From NCBI GenBank assembly GCA_965140415.1, contig OZ223209.1:1152001-1216000 (forward strand): a stretch of 64,000 nt of DNA, read 5' to 3'. The notes under the pieces were generated by a model, which was not told the DNA's origin, made no database searches, and saw only the letters and a program-made list of their open reading frames with translations. This DNA is from Myxococcota bacterium (GTDB taxonomy: Bacteria > Myxococcota_A > SURF-8). How positions within the stretch are numbered: the first letter of the stretch is position 1; each line of letters opens with the position of its first letter. Of the stretch, positions 38,556-46,015 are shown piece after piece. The translations under genes were made by a program, and so were the position numbers.

Positions 38556-38639
38556 CGCGAGGTTATAGAAAAGCACGAACGAATAGCAGTGGAAATTGTA
38601 AAGCTAGCTGAAAAAAGAAACGAGGAGCTAACGAGATGA
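38556..38639 (+). pseudogene. 3' remnant of a gene, probably type I restriction subunit HsdR
   Basis: Reads ...REVIEKHERIAVEIVKLAEKRNEELTR*, with ATGA overlap into the M48 gene. HsdR followed by YgjP/M48 is a common gene order. The HsdR identity is inferred. Confidence 0.4.
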
Positions 38640-39338
38640 ACAACACATCTCAAGACGATATTGATTACAAGGTCTTTCGAAGCGACAGAAAGACTGCAGA
38701 CATCGTAATCGAAAGAGATGGCCGTGTTCTGGTGCGCACACCTGAATGGGTAGATGACAGTCAAGTTGAAGCCATTATCGACTCCAAGAGGTACTGGATC
38801 TATAAGAATCTCGCTGAATGGCGAGATCTAAACGCCACCCGAATTTTGAGAGAATACCGCAACGGAGAAGGTTTTCTTTATCTTGGCCGCTCCTACCGGC
38901 TGTCGCTTGTTATGGAACAGGAAAAGCCGCTTCTTTTGAAGAACGGTCGTTTTTATCTACTCAGAGAACTGGTTGAACAAGGGGATGTTGAGCCTGCTCG
39001 TGTGGCGTTCAGGAATTACTACATCACTCGAGGCCTAGACCGCATCAGCAAACGTGTTGAATACTATGCACCTAAAGTCGGAGTGAAGTACTCCAGCATT
39101 GACGTACGCGAATTGGGTAATCGATGGGCGTCTTGTTCAAAAACGGGAAAGCTCGCTTTTCATTGGAAATGCATGATGGCTCCCCAAACTATTCGATTAC
39201 GTTGTCGTTCACGAACTCTGCCATTTGCATACCCGTGATCACACAGACGTCTTCTGGAACGAAGTGGATAAGATTCTCGCCGATTATCGCGAACGGAAAG
39301 AATGGCTACGTAAGCAAGGGGCGGGGCTGGATATATGA
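38636..39338 (+). pseudogene. YgjP/DUF45 (M48-family) metallopeptidase, frameshifted
   Basis: The N-terminal part (RSDRKT...RWASCS...) shifts frame at about 39193. DYVVVHELCHL...FWNEV...EWLRKQGAGLDI* continues in another frame to TGA 39338. Confidence 0.85.
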
Positions 39339-39470
39339 CCTCGCTAATATCTGGGAAAAGTCCTTTATTTCAGCGCCTATATTCTTCGTGATTTCAATAT
39401 ATTCCAAGTTTTCACCAGTCCAGTACACCCCAATCAGAGAGAGTTTGTCGGTAACACTCGCACAACGTAC

Positions 39471-39488
39471 CGGGAATCGAACTCGGGG
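39471..39488 (-). other. tRNA/tmRNA T-arm-like fragment (degenerate att remnant)
   Basis: Minus strand reads CCCGAGTTCGATTCCCG (GTTCGA T-loop). The rest of a tRNA is absent. Confidence 0.4.
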
Positions 39489-39542
39489 TTTTATGGCATG
39501 GCTAACTATTTGGCGGAAGGGTATGATATTGTTAACGATTCT

Positions 39543-39585
39543 CATTTCGGACGGGCAAGCCCACATTTCGGACGGCGTCCGAAAT
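39543..39585. repeat. Direct and inverted short repeats (candidate recombinase binding sites)
   Basis: CATTTCGGACGG at 39543 and 39564, inverted CGTCCGAAAT at 39576. Confidence 0.6.
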
Positions 39586-39729
39586 AATAGAGAAACAGAG
39601 AGAGATTTGCGGAGAATTGGTGAGAAATGGGCAGGATGTGGAACAGGCTCGTCCTTTTTAAGTCCGAATTGAGAATGATAGACAGCGGCGAAAACCTATA
39701 GATATTCAGCACATATAGCGCGTTATCAT

Positions 39730-39764
39730 AAAACGAAACAAGCTCCATGGAGTAACCATAGAGC
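39730..39764 (-). terminator. Rho-independent terminator downstream of the tmRNA-like 3' end
   Basis: Minus strand GCTCTATGG-TTACT-CCATGGAGC (9-bp stem with one G-U pair) followed by TTGTTTCGTTTT. Confidence 0.6.
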
Positions 39765-39783
39765 GAGTTCGAAAAACAACTAA

Positions 39784-39795
39784 TGGTGGAGGCGG
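39784..39795 (-). other. att-site remnant matching the 3' end of tmRNA (CCGCCTCCACCA)
   Basis: Alanine-type acceptor 3' strand (U70, A discriminator, CCA) followed by a terminator. The rest of the gene is absent. Confidence 0.6.
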
Positions 39796-39992
39796 GACAT
39801 TGCGTTGCGTATACACTAACCGACCTCCACTCTGTAAGTACATGTTATATCGAAACTATCTACGGAAAGCCAGCCAAAAAGATGAAAAAGAAGCGTCGAT
39901 GATTCACATCATATCCTGATGTCCACTACCTCGTTTTCTCTGCAAGATTGCCGACAGTTGCGTACAAGAATACAATTATCACGAAACCATCT

Positions 39993-41007
39993 TTAATGAT
40001 CCCAAATCACCCGAACCGAATCCACAAACACCCAACGGGGACCTGTGCCATCAAGGCAATCCACTCCGGTAGAACCGTGATCGTACAAAATCAAGGTATG
40101 ATCTCCAGGTTTCAGCCATATCACTCCACTGGAAAGATCCATCCATTGGTTTTTATATTGCGATGCGGCAAACGGACCGTATAGCCTGTCGCTTGCACCT
40201 TCTCTGATGAGACCATAATAAACATCATCTGCGTGTCGGTATGAAGCTCCATAATCACAGAGGTATCCTTCCGCCGGTATCTTTACCTGGATTTTGTAGA
40301 AACCTTCTACCGGCACACTAAAGTCCCAACGGGCGTTGTCGCCGGAATAGTCTGTAAGATCACTTGCATCCGGGATCTCGCAACCTGTAGTCCATGTCCA
40401 GCGAATATTTAGGTTGTTGACGGTCGGCCCATCGTGCCATCCGCCAGCTGTCGGATTGGCGCAGGTGGCACTTGTATCCACTGGCGTATTTTGACGATAT
40501 TGTTGGCCTTCGCGCTGATGTACGAAATCATCACATGTACGGAATCCGAAGTCTCCACTGCTGCAATCGAGGCAATAACCATCCGGATCGCAGGCCCAGC
40601 CTTCCTGGCAGTCTCCACAGTCGCAGTCGCCGACATCGCCGCAGCGGTTCTGGCAGCTGTCCTCACAATCGTTCTGGCATTGGCCACTCAGGCAAGTAGT
40701 CTCCGTATCGCAGGTCTGAGTTCCGGTTACTACATAGCATGAGCCATTCGTTCCGCAACTGGTGATAGTGCTGTCGTTACTGCACCAGGAGCCGCTGCCG
40801 TGGTTGTTATCCTGGCACCAGTTGGACGGGCAGGAGCAGGATACGCAGCCGCCGATGTCGTCATTGCAGCGACGGTTACTGGCGCAGTATTCGTAGACCT
40901 CGTAGGAGCCCCTTGACACAAGATCGCCGTTGCAGCTGGCGCTGGTACCCGAACAGTAGCGGTCGTACCACATGATGTACACGTCATCGCCGCAGGCGGT
41001 GCCATCT
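39993..41007 (-). pseudogene. 5'-truncated Cys-rich secreted-type protein with a C-terminal beta-sandwich (Golvesin/CBM-like) domain
   Basis: Many Cys-rich modules, then NARWDFSVPVEGFYKIQVKIP...VFVDSVRV. The frame begins mid-module after a TAA, with no signal peptide or RBS. Confidence 0.6.
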
Positions 41008-41049
41008 TAACCCAGGATCCATCGTAGCCATGGACATGGGCTAGTCAGT

Positions 41050-44000
41050 TTACCGTTTTCCCAGCCATGACTCAAAAGTAGGCCAAACTAAACTATTTTG
41101 CTTCTCCAGAAGATAAATATAGGCCTTTCTTTCATCTCCCATAATTTGGATCAACCTGTCCAGATATGGCTTTCGGTTAATTCTAACTTCGGAATCTTTT
41201 TTTCGAGCGTGCCATCCTGCTAAAATCTTTCTTCTAAGTTCACTCTCTTCCGAATTAGTCTCGACGTATTGGATGGTGATACCTTTTTCGATTTCCTGCT
41301 GTTCCCAGTGTTGTCTTGCGGAGATTGGGGCTTGGAGACTATTTTCTTCTTCTTCCGCAATGTCGATTTGTTTAATAGCAAAGACTTTTCTCACAAGCTC
41401 TTCAGTGATCATCTTCGAGTCGGAATTGCCTTTATGGATATGGCAGGAATATGTGAAGTTTTTCAGTTCACGAACGTTCTCCGGCCAATGGTACAGATTG
41501 AGCAAGTATAACGCTTCTGCCGTGATTCCTTCGAATACAGGCTGTTTGCCATTTTTTCCTTCGAATACAGGCTGTTTGCCATCTTTCTCATACTGTAAAT
41601 TGAACCAGTTGATGAGAAGTGGTATATCGGATTTTCTTTTCCGCAATGGAGGAATCTCGATTCGACAAAGATTGATTCTGGAAACGAAGTCGGCATTGAA
41701 GTGTTCCCGGTTGTCAGTATTCTCATTTGTTGCGAAAATAAATCGCACATCAATCTTTTTCTCAGTGTCGCTTCCAACTTGCTTGATCTCTTTTTTATCC
41801 AGGACCGTATTCATGGAGGTCTGGATGTTTTTTTTAAGACAGTGGCATTCGTCGATGTGTATCGTACCACCTTTATTCTCTACGATAATACCTTTTCGTT
41901 CCTTACCCGCTCCGGTATAGGCACCTGGCTTATGGCCAAACAAATCCGACCCATTCAGTTCATCGGTAAGATTGGCCGCATTGATTTCACCAAACGGTTT
42001 ATGATATTTGCTCTGGGCACTGCAGGCCATAGCGACCTCTCGCTTTCCTGTGCCCATCTCGCCTACCAATAGAATCGGAAAGTTCAAACCGGCGTATTTA
42101 GAAATGTAATTATTCACTTCCTGCTGCGCTTTCGATACTCCGATCAGGCGATAGCAGTATGGGGTCTTACTTCTGTCTCTACTTTTTTCATCCTCATTAT
42201 CCTTTTCCATCATGCAGAACTGATTGAGGGTTTCCTCATCTACAAATCGATAATCGGAAAGGTGCATTTTATTACTCAGAAGTATTTGCAATGACTTCGA
42301 AAACAGTTTGATTTCTTCTTTTTCTTGTAGGGAAAACGCAAGATCATCACCCGTGCTGACACGTTCACGGAACAATTCGATTACCAGCATGATCTCGCCA
42401 GAGTCGTTTAGAATCGGAAAACCGAGATAACTTATGATCGTTTTATTAGAACCGGGATCGAAGTAAGGAACGTTAAGAAAGTAAGGACGCCCTCCTTCTT
42501 CAATTCTATGTTTCATGGATGGGCGTTCAACGATTTCATCTTTCCGTAATACAATTGAGATGAGATCGTTCTCTTCTTCCTCACTGGAGAAAAGATGCTG
42601 CTCCAATATCTCCCTATCTTTTTCGGAGATTATTTCAGCAAGTTTTCCCGTTATCGTATGTACCTTCGCTATGCGATTTCCCTGGTTGGGATAGCATTTA
42701 TAAATGATTCCAGAAATACCTGAACCGTCGGCATCGATTGAATTGGACAGGTGTTCGAGAAGATGATCGATATCAAGCCATTTCTTGTCTTGATTGAAAT
42801 CTTTCAGCCAATCGTGAGGACTGATAGAAATCTTTTTCTGTTCATCCTTGAATACATACCGTCCAACCACGCTGGCCCAGCTTTCAATCAGTTCTCTCCG
42901 CCCATCCTGCTTCAAGGAGGTATATGTTTCCATGAGCAATGAGCCAATCAAGCGGCCGTCGATGACAATAGGAATTGCCAATTTCGTGTCTTCTGAAACG
43001 GACTTCTTTCCTTTGCTCCACGAATCCAGAACCTTTTCCAATAAATCGGATTCTATTTTTTCCCTTTTCTGTCTTAAGCGCTCCGATTCAGGCTTACTAT
43101 CGAATTCGTTTTTAATGGGAAATCGATGAATGTTGCTCCACCATTGGGTTTCATCTGAAACAGCAGCCAGATTTCCAGAGACGGCTGCAAATTTCTTCAG
43201 AACAAACCATTTAATAGATATTGTGTCTTGAAGAATATGCAGCAACATCCGAGTCATCGCATCAACTTGCAGTGGCACATTCCCAACGAAGCTTAGAATC
43301 ATTGCCAGAAAGTTGCGAAAGTCGGTAGTCGAATCTTCAATTTGCGGTTTTGCGGCTTTATAGGCCATGTACAGGCCTGCAATCTGTGCATATTCCTCGT
43401 AGAGTAACTGCGTGATATGTTCATCATAAGTATTGCGATTGTTAGAACCGGCCTCTAGAGTTCCTAGAAGATTCTTTCCGAATATAATGGGAGTAACGAT
43501 CTCGGATTTTAATTCCTTATTCATTTCGTGATAGCCGATCCGATAGTCACCATCTCGTTCGTTGCCGTTCTGGTTTATCAGAAATTGTTTTCCATCGATT
43601 TTGTGAATGAAGCCCCGTACGGGTTTTGCATATTTGGCCACATGGCATGTAGTGGAATTGAGAGACTCTTCTTCGATATTCCATGAAATATCTTCCTCCC
43701 ACTTTGCACCGACTTTACAGACAACCCGCAATTCGTTGTCAGTATCGGTCTTTCCCAGAATCACTTTCGAAATCGATCCCCAGATAACCCAGCCTTCATA
43801 CCGTGGCTGACTTTCGATTGTTGCCTTAAGCAAGCGCTGTAAAATATCGAGATCCTCATCCGATTGTATATCTGGCTGGCTTTCTGCTTTTACTTCTTTT
43901 TCTTTTACTTCCTTCAATTGCAACTTGGAGAACAGCTCACTGTCCTGTATGAATCGACTGATTGACCGCCAGGCATTGGTATAGTGGATCAAGTCCAGTT

Positions 44001-45492
44001 GATGTCTCTTCTTCTCCTCTATGGTATTGGTGTCGTTGCCTTTTTCTCCTCTACCAAGGGAGCGGGTATCGAAATGGCGAACGAGTAATCCCAGGCAATC
44101 AGCAGCCAATTTCAATTTATCCAAATCGCCTTCTTCTATTTCCTCTTTATGCGTTTCCACATTGAGGATGCCCATTACCTCCTTATGCCAATATGCTTTA
44201 AAGGCGATATTTCTGCGTGTTCCAGGAAAAAGAATATGATGCTTATCGGTCCAACCCTTCTGGACTTCCATCTTAGTTTCATTTGGAGCACCTTCGGATT
44301 TTTGGTTTTTCTTCTTTTCCTCGTTCTCTTTCCATTCCAAGCTAGGTTCATCGTCTTCAAAAAGACGCCCAACTACTCCATGACCTTTTGGATATTCCGT
44401 AAGTAAAAGGAAACTACGACCAAGTTTTCCTGCAATGGCAGAGAGTTGCAATGAATCGGTTCCTGGAATTGGCTTATGAAAACTGAAGTTATAATTTGGA
44501 AAAGCACTGGATAGCGCAGCCAATGCCATTTGCAGCGATTCTCCTGGTCCAACAGAATTGTTTAAAAGGTAGATAGATCGATTTTGAGCACGGATCGCTT
44601 TGCGGCCTGGTCTTTTCAATTGCCAGCGACGAAAAATGCGCTGCAAGATCATGAGCGGCTCTTTCAAGCTCTCATAGATCGATTCGACCTTTGTTTTGGT
44701 GTCTTTTTGACTGGTGTGAAAGATCGGCTCGTTAAACACCAAGCTTAGAACTCCGATCGGTTTGATCACGGGAGTCGCCAGTTTTGCAGAATCAGGACAA
44801 GGTTTTGACCAGGCACATAAACATGAAGTCTTATTTTCATCTTCATTGATATCTGGATATACATCTAGCTTTTCTATCCCTGGCGGTAAAATCGGATCGA
44901 ATAGAGGAATGCTAAGACTGGCCTGCGCTGCAACGTTTTCCTTAAGTTTGGTCGGTTTAATATCGACATAGGCAGGGCAGGATTGTTTACTTGAAGCAAG
45001 ATCGACTGCACAGAGCTTTCCGGACAGTAAAACCTGCCCGGATAATCCCAGGCGGCGAATCTCTGGAACTCTTTTCTTTGGTATAGAGATTCGTGAAACG
45101 TGAGTGAGGCAGGCGGAAGGTCCATAGCGGCAGGGCTTAATTAGCAGTTCTCCCATAATTTCTTCCTTAAACACCTCCTGCATATATTCCTTTTTCAAGT
45201 CTGAGAGATGCAAGGTTCCAAGCACCATCATCGGTGGGTTTTCAAGATCCAGGATCTTGTTTCCAGAAAATAGGGAGGACATATAAATCAACAGGTGTTG
45301 CAGGGCATTGTCATAGCCTCGCCCCCGAAGGAGATAATTGTCGCTTTCCGTGTCTAGAAGCCAATTCAATCGCCTTTTTGCAATTTCACCTGCATCCACA
45401 GGGTTTTCATCTGCATATTTGTATAGAATATCTAATTCGGTGGTAGACCAGTCATCTAGGCTGATATTATATGGATTTATTGTCTTTTCCAT
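41050..45492 (-). CDS. Multi-GAF sigma54-dependent enhancer-binding protein (about 1480 aa)
   Basis: AAA+ motifs LLVGEMGTGK, LFGHKPGAYTGA, IHIDE, RFIFATN and WPENVREL. About five GAF-like segments upstream. GGAGG RBS before ATG 45492. Confidence 0.85.
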   Translation of the reverse strand: MEKTINPYNISLDDWSTTELDILYKYADENPVDAGEIAKRRLNWLLDTESDNYLLRGRGYDNALQHLLIYMSSLFSGNKILDLENPPMMVLGTLHLSDLKKEYMQEVFKEEIMGELLIKPCRYGPSACLTHVSRISIPKKRVPEIRRLGLSGQVLLSGKLCAVDLASSKQSCPAYVDIKPTKLKENVAAQASLSIPLFDPILPPGIEKLDVYPDINEDENKTSCLCAWSKPCPDSAKLATPVIKPIGVLSLVFNEPIFHTSQKDTKTKVESIYESLKEPLMILQRIFRRWQLKRPGRKAIRAQNRSIYLLNNSVGPGESLQMALAALSSAFPNYNFSFHKPIPGTDSLQLSAIAGKLGRSFLLLTEYPKGHGVVGRLFEDDEPSLEWKENEEKKKNQKSEGAPNETKMEVQKGWTDKHHILFPGTRRNIAFKAYWHKEVMGILNVETHKEEIEEGDLDKLKLAADCLGLLVRHFDTRSLGRGEKGNDTNTIEEKKRHQLDLIHYTNAWRSISRFIQDSELFSKLQLKEVKEKEVKAESQPDIQSDEDLDILQRLLKATIESQPRYEGWVIWGSISKVILGKTDTDNELRVVCKVGAKWEEDISWNIEEESLNSTTCHVAKYAKPVRGFIHKIDGKQFLINQNGNERDGDYRIGYHEMNKELKSEIVTPIIFGKNLLGTLEAGSNNRNTYDEHITQLLYEEYAQIAGLYMAYKAAKPQIEDSTTDFRNFLAMILSFVGNVPLQVDAMTRMLLHILQDTISIKWFVLKKFAAVSGNLAAVSDETQWWSNIHRFPIKNEFDSKPESERLRQKREKIESDLLEKVLDSWSKGKKSVSEDTKLAIPIVIDGRLIGSLLMETYTSLKQDGRRELIESWASVVGRYVFKDEQKKISISPHDWLKDFNQDKKWLDIDHLLEHLSNSIDADGSGISGIIYKCYPNQGNRIAKVHTITGKLAEIISEKDREILEQHLFSSEEEENDLISIVLRKDEIVERPSMKHRIEEGGRPYFLNVPYFDPGSNKTIISYLGFPILNDSGEIMLVIELFRERVSTGDDLAFSLQEKEEIKLFSKSLQILLSNKMHLSDYRFVDEETLNQFCMMEKDNEDEKSRDRSKTPYCYRLIGVSKAQQEVNNYISKYAGLNFPILLVGEMGTGKREVAMACSAQSKYHKPFGEINAANLTDELNGSDLFGHKPGAYTGAGKERKGIIVENKGGTIHIDECHCLKKNIQTSMNTVLDKKEIKQVGSDTEKKIDVRFIFATNENTDNREHFNADFVSRINLCRIEIPPLRKRKSDIPLLINWFNLQYEKDGKQPVFEGKNGKQPVFEGITAEALYLLNLYHWPENVRELKNFTYSCHIHKGNSDSKMITEELVRKVFAIKQIDIAEEEENSLQAPISARQHWEQQEIEKGITIQYVETNSEESELRRKILAGWHARKKDSEVRINRKPYLDRLIQIMGDERKAYIYLLEKQNSLVWPTFESWLGKR
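41526..41582. repeat. 30-nt-period tandem duplication inside the activator gene
   Basis: TTCCTTCGAATACAGGCTGTTTGCCAT occurs twice, giving GKQPVFEG-KN-GKQPVFEG in the protein. Confidence 0.9.
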
Positions 45493-45790
45493 AGAATCCT
45501 CCAAATTGAAGAATCGTATTATCGTAAAATAAAAGATAAAAAATAATAATATAATATTAGAAAAACTGAAATAAAAAAATAGAAAAACAGTAAAGTACAA
45601 AAATATAGAATAATACATCAAATAAAAATAAAGAATAAAAAATAAAAAACAATATAACAGGTAAAAATACCAATAATAATTTAGATAAACTATGCAAATA
45701 ACAAAATTATTATATTCAATATAAATACTATCCTAAAATGAAAATCCTATCATTATGAAATAACATGTAAAAATGTCGTTCATTTCAAAT

Positions 45791-45806
45791 TGGTATCCCG
45801 ATTGCA
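45791..45806 (+). promoter_or_regulatory. sigma54 (-24/-12) promoter
   Basis: TGGTAT-CCCGA-TTGCA with exact GG-N10-GC spacing, facing the 46016 gene and divergent from the sigma54 activator. Confidence 0.7.
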
Positions 45807-46015
45807 AATAAATAGCGATACGAATTTTGCGAAAGGGAGAAAATGAGATGCCAAGAGTTTGCCAGTGTCTAGCACACCGAAATTGCAAAAACACTCCGAT
45901 TCTGGAAAGACCGCCGCCGTCGGTTTCAGCAACGTTGGAGATCGGCGAGAAATCAGGTCATTCAGGTTTTTTGCGGACAGAGTCCGAAACCAGAAACTAC
46001 GAAAAGGAAAAAGCA

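Noticed and set aside
39124-39672. 182-aa plus-strand ORF
   Set aside because: It overlaps the M48 pseudogene out of frame and runs through att and repeat DNA, with no coherent domain.
39455-39800. Intact tRNA or tmRNA gene
   Set aside because: Only 12-18-nt fragments are present, separated and out of order; no cloverleaf can be built.
41030-41049. CTGACTAGCCC after the activator stop as a partner of the IS3-like ends at 60849
   Set aside because: The match is too short and gapped to claim a composite transposon.
45493-45621. Hydrophobic N-terminal extension of the activator in the ORF track
   Set aside because: It is the translation of the AT-rich spacer. A GGAGG RBS supports ATG 45492, so this is not a real transmembrane segment.
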